From NCBI GenBank assembly GCA_030390025.1, contig CM059431.1, positions 115,074,001 through 115,138,000 on the forward strand: a stretch of DNA of 64,000 bases, in the 5' to 3' direction. Numbering within the stretch: the first letter of the stretch is position 1; the number at the start of each line of letters is the position of its first letter. The notes under the pieces were generated by a model. That model was not told the DNA's origin. It saw only the letters and a list, made by a program, of their open reading frames with translations, and searched no databases. This document shows, piece after piece, positions 24,331 to 38,221 of this stretch. The DNA is from Squalus acanthias. Its lineage: Eukaryota. The translations under genes and the position numbers were made by a program.

Positions 24331-25711
24331 ATCTTGAAATCCAGGTACATACTTTCCTGGGGGGGAAAGGGGCAAAATTTGTATTAACTTTGTCCTTAGT
24401 TAGCCGTAGGTCTATGATGCATGGTGCAGCCTTGGCTCTGCTCTCCAATACACTGGAAGATTTAATGCGCTCTTATTTGAAATCAGCTGTTCTTCTCTAG
24501 TAAATCATGTTATCAATCAGGAGAACACATTGGCGAGGCAGGAAGACTTGTTATTTGTCAGTAAAACTGACACATTGGATCTTCATCCTGTGTTAATAAT
24601 TTCCTTTACATTTCTAGATTCAACTCAGATCTTTTGTTCCCTTTTTTCCCATTTTTCTCCCCCCTCTCTCTGGAAGGTGCTAATTTATGCTGGGGTAGAG
24701 TTCTATGGACACTGGCAGAACTTCAGTGCTGCACCCAAGATGTGATCCTCGACAGTGGCTGTAAGAAGGCTATTGATCAAGGGTGGCTTCACAGTCAATC
24801 CTGATCCTGTCTTCTGGATGATGTTCACACTTTTCAGCCAAGGCCACTCGGAAGCGATCAGAAGTAGTGACCAAGGCAAATTGTTCTCCTCCTTAGTCTT
24901 AAAGTTGTAAGCTCAGTTGTGGATCCCTACCAACATCTTCCTGATATTGTCCAATTCTGACCAGACCAGGGATTGAACCTGGAACAGTCCTGTTTTCGAA
25001 GGCTCAGTGCCACACTGTCTAGTATTTGTTACTTTTGAGATATAAGGAGGGCATAAGGATTGAGCCGATCCAATTGAATCCAAGTAACCTACTAATTGTT
25101 TAATGTATTTTTGTCACAGTCCAGAGCGTGCACTACACAATAATTAATTAATAACCATGGATAAAGGGTAGCAGGTTATCAGAATTAGGCTAGTTACTGC
25201 ACAGATGATGAATCAAAAAGAATACTTGCTTTGTATAATGTCTTAATCATGTTGAAGTGTCTCAAAGCTTTTCACAGGATGAATTACTGTATTTTTGCAC
25301 TACAGTGATTGCTATGAAGGTTCTCTACAACATGTGTGAAGATCACTAAAGTTTTTTTTTTACTGATTTTCACTGAGAATTTCTAGATTATTTTAAGATT
25401 GATGGATCAGTAAAAAAAATTCTCCCTGTAATTCTCCCTGTTCCTTGAGCTGGAAATTGGATCCCGAGCTGTGTGTGTGTGTCCAAATTGGGACATGATT
25501 TTAAGTGCCAGTTGAATGGGGAATCATCTTGAGGTGAATTCTGTAATAGGTACCTGTGTATAGAAATTATATTTAGATAATGCCACTTTTGCTTCCACAA
25601 ACCTAAACCTGATTATAGAGGATCATTTCGATATGTCATTTGACCTGTTTTGCGCTGTTGTATTCCAAGCCAAACTGACATTAACACATTGACTGCATTT
25701 ACGATTATTAT

Positions 25712-25866
25712 TGGGATGAGTTTCCTCCGAGCTGCTCCCACTCCACCATCGTAACTTCGCTGGAATTTCAGCAGAAACCCCATTCACGGGCGTAAACGGG
25801 GCTTTCGCCGCACTTCAGCCAAATTAAGGTTAGGGAGTGGGAGCATCTTCGAGGAGATTCCTGGCC
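25712..25866. mobile_element. Short palindromic MITE
   Basis: GCTCCCACTCC...GGAGTGGGAGC inverted arms. Confidence 0.55.
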
Positions 25867-26696
25867 TATAATTTTCAGGTTTATTTTGTCTTCAAAAGGT
25901 ACCCAATTTCTGTTCTTTCTACAACAAAGTTTGGAAAAAATCTCCTGGAACTGCCATTTGGAACTGCATAAAAGTCATGTGTGTGAACTGTATAAATAAT
26001 TTAGTGTTGCCATTTAGCTTAACTGCCTTTTTATAGTCCCTTGTTTGCTTTCTTGAGTTCTAACGATATTTCAAATAAAAATTGATTTTTACTGACTTAC
26101 ACTGTTTTTTTGGGGGGGTTCCATTTTGCCCCCTTGATTTTCTCCAGGCCCGTGGCACTAAAAATAGAAGCTGAGGGGGGGAAAAAAACTGCGATTTTAA
26201 ATTGACAATTAAAAAAACAACTTTAATGATCCTTAAACGTACCATGTGGCAGAAAGTGAGAGAGTATTTGAATAAGCCTGTTTGCTGTTTGGATCATGAC
26301 CTATGGGGAGAAAATGAGTGGATATTAGAATTAGACTCTTCATGGCATGTGCTATGGAACAGGAAGCGAGGCTATTTATGGCATGTGCTGTAGGGCAGAA
26401 TTGAGCAGGGATTTGACTCAAACATACTTCAGGCTGATTTGAATTAGTTTGCTTGACTTTTTTTTCCACTGAACTGACATTGGATTGAATAAATTTACAT
26501 CCTTTACATGGTGTGTTAAAACATCGATAAATTCAGAAGAAGTCTTATCTGATTCAGACTAAGGAACATAATGTAAAACCCGTCAAATTTAGTGCATTCG
26601 GAACATTTGTGGGTTGGTTTTAAATTGATTCTACCGTGAATTAAAATGCAGTTCAATGAACCACATGATCTGTATTCATACTGAAGCTGACACTAC

Positions 26697-28937
26697 GGCC
26701 TAGAAATTTGTGGCCGCCACGAAAGTTGCCGGGTTAACGCCCGCCAAAAATGGTTTTGGCGGTAGGAGAAAAATTCATGCTGGGAACTTAAGATTTTTAG
26801 CCCAGCGCTAACTCACCATGTAATGCCTTCCCGTCCAGGAGCAGCGTTCCATCTTCCAACAGCCTCTGGTAGCGAGGCCATAGAGTTCGCGGGACATTGT
26901 GGGACATTAAAAGGGCAATGCATTAAAAGGGCAATGCATTAAAGTGCAATGCCTTCTGAACTGATAAAAATAAAAATGAAGTAAAAAAAAATGCAGCTTT
27001 CAGCGTTTACTGCCTTTTTAAAAAAAAACATTAAAAAGAAGTCCCAAATAGGAGTCTTCAACTCTTAAAGCTGAATTCCCTTCTGCATCTCAAAAAATGG
27101 GAAAAGTGCTTCAGCACTAACACAAATGGCTCAGCAAGCCAGGGAAGCGGCACCCTGGATCTCGCACACAGCACTCCAGCTTTGTGCAGGGGGTCAACAC
27201 TGCAGGAGAGGTCCTCTACCCACAGGGGCCAGGAGGCCCTCCAGAAAGAACGATGTGGGACCACATCACCGAGTCATCACTGTCACCAGTGTCGCCCCCA
27301 CCACCTGGCTCCAGTGCCCAAAGAAGCTTCATGACCTCAGACCAGTGGTCAAGCTCAGTGAATGCATCTTCAAAAGTCGTCTCCTACCAACTGCACCACT
27401 AGCCTCGCACACCTCTCAGTGCACGACTTCCACCTGCCGCCCCCCCCCCCCCCCGCCCACCCCTGGTCAATCACCCACCTACCAACAATCTTTGCCATAC
27501 ACGACGCACTTCTTCCATTCCTAGCCTCATCTCATCCCCTTGGAGGTGATGGTGCAGGCCATTCTTGGCAGGAGCATGGCTGAGCCCTTGGCCAGCAGTG
27601 GGGCAGAAAGGATACAATATGCTGGTATCCTCATACGTTATCCTCCTTCTGGCATGCACCTCATGTTTTCCCACCCTCCCCTCACGACAACTCCACCCTT
27701 GTGCCTTCTCATTTCACACACCCAAGAAATGCAGCCCTCCCAGCCAGTGGTTGACCAAGAAGAGGGAGAGGAGAGTGACGAAGAAGAAGAAACACTGTCA
27801 CTCGATTGCACACTCCCAGTCACCAGCTCCTCGAGGTCATCTGCAGAGTCCCCCACGGAAAGTCAGCAGCCTTCCACCAGCCATGCTGCAGCCACTGGGG
27901 TGGCACTGCGTGACATCAGTAGAATCGGCAAAGGCACACACAAGACAGTCACTAAGAGAATGCATAACAGTGATGAGTTGATTTCTTGATGTCATATTGG
28001 ATGGATAAAGTTGGATTGGAAAGTTTGCTTTTATTTCAGCATCATAGCCAAGAGGACGCTGTGATGGTCAGTAACAGAGGGAAGGTAAGGTGTGGGACAA
28101 ACACTGAAAGGGGAGTTGGGGTTGTGGACACTGGGACTGCAGGCGGATGATTCCATCCCGGATATCCAGGCCAGAAAGGGGCTGTCTGAGTTGCATCCTT
28201 CCTTCTGCTTCCTCCTCTTCGGCTTATTCCTCTTTGGCTTCCTCCTCTTCAGCTTCTTCCTCTTCTGTTTCTTCCTCTTCTGCATCTACCACTTCCCTCT
28301 GCAAGTGAATGCTGTAAGTCTGAAATGACAGCATAAAATGCTAGAAATACTCAGCAAGTCAGGCAGCATCTCGACCTGAGACATGAACTCTGTTTCTCGC
28401 ACCACGAATGTTGCCTGACCTGCTGAGTATTTCCAGCATTTTCTGTCTTCTCAGAGGCCTTCCTTTACCATCCGAGGTCTTGCAAATATCCAGCAGCACT
28501 CCCTACACACTTACAAAACTTTTAACATGTATTGCAGGAAGTCACTAGTTCAATAAAATAAAAAAAAACACAGTCCAAAAGCTTAAATGCAAACTTACCT
28601 GAACTATGTGTGTGTCCCTTTAAGAGGTGCTGACAGCACCTCTGTGCGTCTGCTTGCACGCTGGGTTTACCGGGTGTGCTTAGGACCCAGTGCTGAACTC
28701 AGTGCTAGGGTAGAATTTCGCCATGGTGACGTTCAGTCGCTGTTGTTCGCCGACTTGACGTCACCACTTGACCATTTTTCTTTGCAGGGTGATGCTTCTT
28801 AACGGCAACGCTACTGGACCTACAAAAATCGAGGATGCCACGGGACCCGCCACCCGCTGGCGAAAGAGCGGCGGCTGCCCTCTTCTCGCCATTTTTTTCC
28901 CGTAACGGGTGGTGTTAAGCCCCTGAATTTTTAGCCC
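26697..28937 (+). mobile_element. Internally deleted Harbinger element with a Myb/SANT-like gene remnant (+) and a transposase acidic-tail remnant (-)
   Basis: TIRs GGCCTAGAAATT...AATTTTTAGCCC. TTWLQCPKKLHDL Myb-like motif at about 27300-27340. GAA/GAG-rich acidic tract on the minus strand at 28200-28285. Confidence 0.75.
28330..28447. mobile_element. Penelope-like inverted-repeat remnant inserted in the Harbinger element
   Basis: AAAATGCTAGAAATACTCAGCAAGTCAGGCAGCAT...TGCCTGACCTGCTGAGTATTTCCAGCATTTT. Confidence 0.7.
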
Positions 28938-29417
28938 AGAGAGTTTAGGTTATGTTTCTGCAGCAATGCACAGGCTCAGAATACTTTGTAACTTTGTAAT
29001 AAGAACATAAGAAAGCATGGAATAACAAAAGGCCAATCAGTCGAGTGAGTCTGTTCTTTCCATAGACTATGTTTAACCTAACCTATCAAACAGTCTGCTT
29101 AATCTCCTGAGACACTGTTCCTCATAAATACTCCCTGAAAGCCAAAGGTAAGTTAAACTTCAGTATACATTTCTAACCACATCTCCCCCCTGGCCTAGCA
29201 TGCAAGGTACAAAAGTCTTACAGATCATGAGCTCCCAAGTTCAATTTCGATTTAGTAAATCTTAGCCAGGGCAGCAGTTGGAGCGCTACAATTAGTCCTA
29301 GCACCCCTGGGCTAAGGATGGGAAAAGATACAACCGGGGCAGCACTCCTGATGACTTATCTGTGACGCCTGTTGAAACTTATCGATGTCTAGCGAGCACA
29401 GGATTGAGCTGACACTC

Positions 29418-29870
29418 CGGGGGTCATTTTAACTCCCGGGCAGTCGGCGGACTATCCGGGCGGTGCAGCGGGCAGGCCCGGTCCATTTTAACGGCCGACC
29501 CTCATTTAAATACAATGGGCGAGTTGCTTGACCAAGGGCCTCTTGGCCAGCAGCTAGGTGGGGGGTGATGGGTTGTATGGGTTAGGGAGGGATTGGGGAA
29601 TGCGGGGGAAGAGGGGAGATTGGGACGGTAGTGGCCCTAACTATTTTTGTGGGGTCCAGAGAAGCACTCCTGCTCATCCTAGCCCCACAAACAAAAAAAT
29701 GTTTCCTTTACTTACCTTGGAGGGCCTCTGGCCCAACAACTTCACTGTGCAGCGTGTCCATGGCACACGCCTCAGCTGCCCAGCTTTAAGATAACTCCAG
29801 GGTGGAGAAATGGCAGTCAGTGGATCGCTCTGGATTTAACTCCTGTGTGAAGGGGTTAAAATCCCTTCCT
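29418..29870. mobile_element. GC-rich Harbinger-type MITE
   Basis: GGGGGTCATTTTAAC...GTTAAAATCCC termini. Confidence 0.55.
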
Positions 29871-29996
29871 TTCCTGTCTATACTTAAACATGAAGAATGA
29901 GGGTTAATGGTTCCCATGGACCTGTATACCAGAAGAGTTAAATATCTTCTGGAGATGAAGGTTGAAAATTGGTAGTCCATCCTTACATCTCCACTA

Positions 29997-30212
29997 TTCA
30001 TAGAATCATAGAATAGTACAGCACAGAAGGAGGCCATTCAGCCCATCGAGTCTGCACAGGCTCTTTCGAAAAGCAATCCAGTTAGTCCCACTCCCCCGCT
30101 CTCTCCCCCTATCCCTGCAATTTTTTCTCCTTCAAGTATTTATCCAATTCCCTTTTGAAGGCTACTATTGAATCTGTATCCACCACCCTATCAGGCAGTG
30201 CATTCCAAACCC
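29997..30212 (-). mobile_element. CR1 3' UTR fragment
   Basis: TCATAGAATCATAGAAT tail; reverse complement of the 20010-20222 type. Confidence 0.85.
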
Positions 30213-30367
30213 ACTTGTTGCATAAAAACGTTTTTCCTCTCTGTGACCAGCGTAACACTTTCTGCACCCTCCAACCACTCCCTCTCTCAGATTTCTACCA
30301 GTGGACATATCTTGGAAATCATTACAGTCGTAAACTAAAAAGGAAAAGTACTGTCCTGTCTACAGAG

Positions 30368-30906
30368 CTGGGCACCACCGCACCTTAGAAAGGATATCTT
30401 GGCCTTGGAAGGAGTGCAACGCAGATTCACCAGAATGTTACCAGGGCTCCAAGGGTTAGATTATGAGGAGAGATTACATAAACTGGGCTTGTATTCCCCG
30501 GAATATAGAAGGTTAAGGGTGATTTGATTGAGGTTTTTAGGATTTAGAAAGGAGTTGAGGAGTTGATCAGGTAGATAGAGAGAAACTTTTTCCGCTGGTG
30601 GGGGAGTCTCGGACAATGGGACATAACCTTAAAATCAGAGCCAAGCCATTCAGGAGAGAAGTTAGGAAACACTTCTTCACACAAAGGATGGTAGAAGTGT
30701 GGAACTCTCTCCCACAAAAAGCAGTAGATGCTAGTTCAATTAATAATTTTAAGTCTGAGATCTATAGATTTTTGCTAGATAAGGGTATTAAGGGATACGG
30801 AGTTAAGGCGGGTGGATGGAGTTAGGATACTGATCAGCCATGATCTCATTGAATGGCGGAACAGGTGTGAGGGGCTGAATGGCCTCCTCCTGTTCCTATG
30901 TTCCTA
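30368..30906 (+). mobile_element. CR1 3' fragment (GTTCCTATGTTCCTA tail subfamily)
   Basis: GESRTMGHNLKIRAKPFRREVRKHFFTQR; same subfamily as 63200-64000. Confidence 0.9.
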
Positions 30907-32035
30907 AAATCACCGTCTATCATTAATTTTCCTCTTGGATCTTCCCCCGGCCCCCCCCCCCCACCTTTGGTAAAACTGAATCAGTTTCGTCAGCGTTTTA
31001 CTATATTCCTCAGTCTCCAACACAAATACAGATTTTAGCATAATCTTAACACATGTGCAAAGTGGCTGAATTTATATTAAAAGCACTAAAATATATTGTA
31101 CTGGTTTTAAAACCACCCTGGGAGCATTCTGGCAAGAAATAGTTTTGTCCCAGGATGTTTTTAATTTGAACAGAAAAATGCTCCACCACATGTTCAGTTA
31201 GAAGTTCAAAGGCAATGGTAACAAATGCTTAATCATTTTTATCTGGAATTGGTGCTAAGCCCCCATTGAAAAACTGTACTCAGTGAAAGGGCTTATCCCC
31301 ATTGAGCTGTTTTTCCTAACGTGTTCCTAATTATATCTGAATGTAATGCTTGCAGTTGACGATTGAACAATATGGCAGTAATTTCTTTACAGACCTTGTT
31401 GTTCTTTGAACTATGAGAACAGAGGGCTAGAACGGAACTAGATCAATGGGATTTGAGCCTGGCAAATCAAGCCAGCTGGAACCTCCAGAGAACGTATTTG
31501 CAGCTGTTCTCCAGAAACAAACTCGCAGCCGTGTGTGGGGAGGGGACCATCCCTCTGCCCATTTCACGCTGTGTTGGACAGCCTGTACATTGAGCGTCCT
31601 CAATGCCAGGTAAAACTAGGAATCTTAGGGCGTTTGCGCACAACAGGAGTGCAGCTGATGGCCGATGAATAGTTTCCCCTCTGTCAGCTGCATTCTATAC
31701 CACCCAGTATTTGGGGACCAATGACATCATTTAAAATGGGGGGGGGAGGGGGAGGGGCGTTCAGTGACCGTGCCATTGGGGTAATAAGGCTGGTTTTTCA
31801 GTAATGTAAACAGAGGAAGCCACCTTGCACACTCTGGGTCTCCATATTACACAACACAACCCAGCACACCTACAAAAACTACCTCCTGATGCCGAGTGTG
31901 AAAATGAGAAAGTGCTGCACAGAGGTCACATTCCTAAAACAGGATCTCTTAAATTGATGGTTAAATGGTAACTTGAAAATGCCTGTAAGTGTCATATAGC
32001 TACTCCAGCATTGCTTCTAGTAACATAAAAGGCTT

Positions 32036-32510
32036 AACAACAACAACTTGTAGTTATATAGCACCTTTAACGTAGTAAAACGTCCCAAGGCGCTGCACAG
32101 GAGTATTTTAAGTCAAAAAATTTGACACCGAGCCACATAAGGATAAATTAGGGCAGATGACCAAAAGCTTGGTCAAAGAGGTAGGTTTTAAGGAGCGTCT
32201 TAAAGGAGGAAAGAGAGGTAGCGAGGCGGACAGGTTTAGGCAGGGAATTCCAGAGCTTAGGGCCTAGGCAACAGAAGGCACGGCCGCCAATGGTTGAGCG
32301 ATTATAATCAGGGATGCTCAAGAGGGCAGAATTAGAGGAGCGCAGATATCTCGGGGTGTTGTGGGGCTGAAGGATATTACAGAGATAGGAAGGGACGAGG
32401 CCTTGGAGGGATTTGAAAACAAGGATGAGAATCTTGAAATTGAGGCGCTGCTTAACCGGGAGCCAATGTAGGTCAGCGAGCACAGGGGTGATGGGCGAAC
32501 GGGATTTAAG
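32036..32510 (-). mobile_element. L2 LINE 3' fragment, relatively young
   Basis: Open frame LADLHWLPVKQRLNFKILILVFK...GGRAFCCLGPKLWNSLP...FKTLLKTYLF. Confidence 0.9.
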
Positions 32511-33231
32511 TGGTGTGATTTAAATTAACATTACCACCCTCAACTTATGGACTAGAGATTTGTGTATTTGAATTTTTCAGTGGTTTATTAGTTGAAGTCC
32601 TAGGTAATTCTGATTTTTAAATATGCCTCTTCAATCCCTGTTTTCAGTTTCACGAAACCAGCTGTAGTTCATCTCCTTTGAATGGATGGAAACATGAAAT
32701 TTACAGTGAGAAATTGCATATTTTCTGGAGTGTACTTTACCTAAACTCTGTAATTAGTTACAGCTTCAAATTGTATTTTCTCGTAATTTATTCCTCAATT
32801 TTCTCCCATTCTTCCCTATGTTGAAGGACTGACTCTTGCATGGATAAAATTCCATGTGTGTACCTCACCCAAATGGACATTGTATATGTGTGAACCTAGA
32901 CGGTGAGTATCATTGGGGTATTTAACTGTTGAGAGCGTCATAGTCAAGCCTGATCCTGGTGATATTTTTGATGGAATTCGCTAAAGCAGTTTCAAGTATG
33001 TACTTCAAAAAATGTCTTTAATGCATAAGAACCATGGATAATTATCTTCCCAGAACTTCTTGAAGGGGCATTATCTTCATGCAAAAAGCTTTTGGAAAAC
33101 CTTTTATCTTCTGTTTGCAAACATAGGATGCAATGAAACAAGTTGCATTATTTTTGTATGACATGATGATGAAAATAACACCCAGCTTTTCTGGTTGTTC
33201 CGCAACCCCTAGCGATAGAGAGAAAATAAAT

Positions 33232-34888
33232 TACATAGAATTACAAAGATTATACAGCGCAGAAACAGGCCATTCATCCCAATCAGTCCATACCGGTGTT
33301 TATGCTCCACTCGAGCCGGCTCCCATTCTTCTTCATCTAACTCAATCAGCATAGCCCCCTATTTCCTTCTCCCTCATGTGCTTATCTAGCTTCCCCTTAA
33401 ATGCATCAAAACTATTCGCCTCAACTACTCCCTGTGGTAGGGAGTTCCACATTCTCACCACTCTCTGGGTAAAGAGGTTCCTTCTGAATTTCCTATTTGA
33501 TTTCTTGGTGACTCTCTTATATTGATGGCCTCTAGTTTTGCTCTTCTCCAAAAGTGGAAGCAATCTCTCTGGCCAGAATTTTCACAGGAAAGATCGGGTG
33601 GGTTGGAGACGGGGGGGGGGGGAAGTGAGAGTTGAAAAAATGTGAACCCCGACCCCAGCCTGCCTCCAACCCGCCCGCTTTCACCTTTAACTTGAGGGAT
33701 GGGGGGCGGCCTGCCAACGCGCGGCCAGGAGGCGGGTTGGCAATTTACATATTAAAATGATGCCTGAAGCCTCTACTCTAACCTGTTTTGTAGGTTTTAC
33801 TGCAAGCGGCCAGGGATCCCAGGGCTCGGGATTCCCGGTGGCTGCAACGAGGTGGCCTCAGCCTCGGGGAGCAATTATTGTGGGCCAGGAGGAGCGGGAA
33901 TGCTTCCTCCCGGCCCCCCAAGCTCCCCCACCAGCAGCCTGCCTCTCCTGGGGTCAGGGATTGGGCCCCCCCCGAAGGATCGGACCCCCGGGAATCGTGA
34001 CTGAGCCCCGGGGTCGGGGATCGGACCCCTCCTCCCCGGGCTTCGACCCCCCCTGGGGGATCAGACCCCACCTGGGTAATTGGACCCCCCCTCACCCCCA
34101 CCATCCTGGGCCCAGCACTTACCTGTTGCTGCAGCCTCCTTCTCCGAGTTCCCCGCATGACTGAAAGCCAGCCTGTCACTCAGGCTGACATCCGGGCGAG
34201 GAACCTGCCCCTGACCTTAGAACGCCACAGCGTGCCGGGAAACCCGAACATCTGGGTTTCCCGCCGCCTCCCGGGTCCCCCCGCATTGTGCAGGTGGTAC
34301 CCTGCAAAATCCAGCCCTCTGTGTCTACTCTATCAAAACCTTTCAGAATTTTAAAGACCTCTATAGGTCACTTCTCAACCTTCTCTTTTCAAGATAAAAG
34401 AGACACAACCTATTCATCCTTTCCTGATAGATATAACCTCACATTTCTGGTATCATCCTTGTAACTCTTTTTTGCACCCTCTCCAGTGCCTCTATATCCT
34501 TTTTATAATATGGCAACCAGAACTGTACACAATACTCCAAGTGTGGTCTAACCAAGGTTCAATACAAGTTTAGCATAACCTCTCTACTTTTCAATTCTAT
34601 CCCTTTAGAAATATACCCTAGTTCTTAGTTTGCTGTTTCTTATGGCCTTATTAACCCGTGTCACTACTTTTAGTGATTTGTGTATTTGTACTCCCAGATC
34701 CCTTTGCTCCTCCACCCCATTTAGATTCTTATTTTCCAAGTAATATGTGACCTCCTCATTATTCTTACCAAAAGGTAATACTTCATGCTTATCTGTGTTG
34801 GAATTAATTTGCCAATTATATGCCCATTCTGCAAGTTTATTAATGTCTTCTTGTAATTTGTTGCAGTCCTCCTCAGTATTGACTATCT
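33232..34888 (-). mobile_element. CR1 fragment split by a MITE
   Basis: RT C-terminal sequence is contiguous across the 33571-34317 insertion. Confidence 0.9.
33571..34317. mobile_element. GC-rich Harbinger-type MITE inside CR1
   Basis: GGCCAGAATTTT...AAAATCCAGCCC termini with a TCT/TCT duplication. Confidence 0.8.
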
Positions 34889-35363
34889 GTCAAACTATTT
34901 TCATGAAGTCAGCTCCTCCTGAAATAGAAATTGTAACTCTTTTTCAGTTTGACTTCAATCAAATTGTGTGGCATGGCATTTATTATTCTGCTCAGTTTGA
35001 TTTCCTCTATAGCTTGATGTGTATGATTTGCAACACTTAAGTGATTATCGAAATACTGAAAATAAAACAGAACTGACTACTCTTTTTCATGTAAACCTAC
35101 ATAAATCAATGTTTTAAAAACACAAAATGAAGTACTTTTTTAAAAAATCCCCCTCCTTGTCCCAGTTTTTCTCCCTTCCTCTCCTGATGGTAATGACTCA
35201 TGCCGGGGTACAGCTCCACTGGTTGACCTTCCTGCTTTACTCCTGTAGCCTTTCTTCATGTGGGTTCTTCAAACATAGTCATTGCTCTTTTCATCCAGGA
35301 GTGGAGGAGATGATCTCTTCTGAGGAGCTGACATTACCCACCCACACTGAGGATTATACACCT

Positions 35364-35592
35364 TGACATGAATCTTGTCATTCATGTGGAAATGACTTAT
35401 GAAATAATACTGGGCGGCCTGCTGGTGGCGCTGTCCAGGGAGAGTATAAATACTCGGGCACGGGCCCTGCTTGCTCAGGACATTCTTGAACAGGAACTAG
35501 TGAAGGACACAACTAGACCTCCATGTTGAAAAACAGTTGATTAAAGCTTTGTTTAACGCTTAGACCAAGTGCCTAGTAGTTTTCATACGTCA
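35364..35592 (+). mobile_element. Solo LTR, 229 bp (copy A)
   Basis: TGAC...GTCA ends; flanks CACCT/CACTT; TATAAA at 35445; ATTAAA at 35540. Near-identical inverted copy at 58797-59025. Confidence 0.85.
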
Positions 35593-36340
35593 CACTTTGC
35601 TTCACATTTATGGTGTTTAGAAGATTCCTATTCTCAACTTCTACGGAGACCTACATCCTAATTCTCTGGCAGGCCGAGAGTAAGCAGTTTCTTCACTCTA
35701 TTTACATTTTAATATATTCACAAGGACAGTCCCAACAATATATATATATAAATATTTTTAATACTTAAGAACAATTCTGTTAATGTCAGGCTTGGGGGAG
35801 CAGATTAGATGTGACAATTGGCCTCAATATCGCTGAGCGAAGGAGAGTAAAATCATCCAGTGTTCCCACTACTGATCCCGATCCAATAACTCCAGCTGGA
35901 ATTTATGCTTCTGTGAATGTAACACAGAAAAAGCCATTCTGACTAAAGGAATGTCATTTTTTTGTTAAGTTATATGGATTTTGTTTTCTTCCTTTCTTAT
36001 AGCTACCTATCACATGAACATTTCTGAATCTGAGAAATCAGAGACCACTTGCTCCAACAAGTTTGTCCACAACACTCTAAATGCCACAAGAAGGTGTAAA
36101 CGAGTGGTCCGGAGATTCTCTGATTCCATTCATGAGTTTGAATCCACATCCTACCAATCCAGGATAGGGTGTACTTTCACCATGTGGTGAACCATGTGTT
36201 TGAATGAACATCTTACTCCCCATCACATTGCACATTGGAGCACCAATACACAATATTACCTACTATCCATAATAACTTACTGTATTTTGAAGTTGGTTCG
36301 GAGGCACAGCCTAGAGCACTTTGTTGAAAATACACAAATT

Positions 36341-37897
36341 TGGATCCAGTGCAGGAAGTGGTTCAATGACCTAAGCAGGGCAGAAAAGGTGAGAGCAGTG
36401 GCACATTCACCTACATCCTGATGTAGGTATCACCCCACCCCCCTTTACTCTGCCTTCTCAAGCCCTCACACCAACTTACCTTGCAGTTGCACCCATCCCT
36501 CTCTGTCTATGTACTTCCTCACATCCCCCATCTGTCCATCCACCACTGATATTCACTGATATGCAATGTCATGCTTCTCCCTCATAGTCACCCTCAAGAA
36601 ATGATCTCCATCCATCGGGTAAACATATGCCGTTACTCTTACTCATAGGTCTCTTCTTTCCCTCCTTGCAGGAGCACAGAACACCAGGGAGAGGCAGAGA
36701 ACCAGAGGTGGCGCTCCAGCCATCTTGAACTAACAGCTGCAGAAGAGGAGGCACTGGAGATCAGCAGCGTCTTGGCATGCCTGGCCGCCGGAGATGGGGA
36801 GATAGCGGCCTCCCAGCTACCTGGCGACAGAATTAAATATCAGACAGCCACATGTCATACAACACTGAGTCATGTTGACTTGATGTCTTCAGCGAGTGAA
36901 ATATGTGCATGTTCATAATGATAAGTTCAAACATTCTTACCTTGACAGTTCTCATTCATGTCTTTTATCTCCCACATGGCCCGCATGCATCCAGCAGGAG
37001 TTGGTCAAGGTCGCCGCTGCCAACAACTCCTATGAGGAGCTCAATCCCTCTGAGGTTGCACCGTCACAGGACTCATGCAGACCATGCACCAGCTCAGATA
37101 CTCGCGCTTCGTGGAACCAGTTACAGAGACATTTGGGTTTTCACCTGGTGACTTGCACTTCACAAGTGAGCAAGGGACAGCAGTGGAGAGTCTGCGTCGG
37201 AGGTTGCAGGCCTCTCCAAGCTCTGCTCGGCTGTATCCCAGGGGGCTGTCGACGAAGAGGATAATCATTGAGCAGCAGCAGAGAATGTGCGATGCACTGA
37301 CAGGTGTTCAAGGCACATTGTCCACGATGGCAGACAGGTTGGACGAGTCCACCTCAAGCATGAGTGGGATGCTGTCGCCGACCATTGCGATGATGTGTTC
37401 TTCCATTGATAGAGTGGCCAACTGCATGGAGCATCAAACGCGGGAATCACACGAGTGCATGCCGGCCTTCAACAAGGGCTTGCTCACTCTGGATGCCACC
37501 TTAACTAGGATGAATGATACCCTAGCCTTGGCCTTTCGGTGCCTCACTGATCTCTAGCACAGTGGTAGCAGGGAAGTGCGGCTGAGCCATGAAAGGAATG
37601 ATGGCGAAAAGGGACATGGAAGTGGGTCTCCGCTCAAAGCTCACCTGTTGCCCCACACCCCCTCAGTCAGTAGCCCACATGCTGCCTCGTGTCCTGATGG
37701 CTGAGTCTGCCCCTGCACTGGTGCAGGTGGAGCAGTCTTTGGCGGGGCTCTCACGGGCTCGAAATCCCAGAGGACGTAGGCCAAGAGCATCTCAGCAGTC
37801 AGAGCAGGGATGTGAGCAGCCTGCCTCAACATCTGCTCAAGCCACAGGGGTTGCACTATGTAGAAACAATAGGAAAAGGAAGAGTAAAGATTTGTAG
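36341..37897 (+). pseudogene. Harbinger Myb/SANT-like accessory gene, spliced, decayed
   Basis: Exon remnants at about 36341-36388, 36672-36823 (LTAAEEEALEISS) and 36990-37897 (coiled-coil-like QQQRMCDAL, basic C-terminus RKRKSKDL). Confidence 0.7.
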
Positions 37898-38221
37898 TTG
37901 CACAAGGTTATGTACATGGGTGTGTTACAAATTTTGTACTGTTAAGTGTCGTTTCTTCATTTGATGCACATAAATGTTATTGTTTTGCACCACTTTCCCG
38001 TGTTGCCCACTATTGGTTGCTGGTTGGCAAGTGGCCTCTCAGTTGTTTGATAATGAATGGGAAGACATGAATTGACTGTGACTAATGGGGGGATGCGAAA
38101 GCGATGCTTGGTTGTTTGCAGGACTGCTTTGTGTTAGTGGCATGGGTGGGGGAGGGCAAAAGTGGTTTTTGCATGAGGTTGTGAGATGGGTGCACTGGTG
38201 GAACCTAAACGAACCTCGCAA

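Noticed and set aside
28031..28285. Lys/Arg-rich ORF resembling a protamine or NLS protein
   Set aside because: It is an alternative-frame reading of the GAA/GAG-rich acidic tail of a Harbinger transposase remnant.
36090..36135. RVVRRFSD as the start of the Harbinger Myb ORF
   Set aside because: The spacing to WIQCRKW and the intervening sequence do not fit a Myb/SANT-like domain; probably coincidental.
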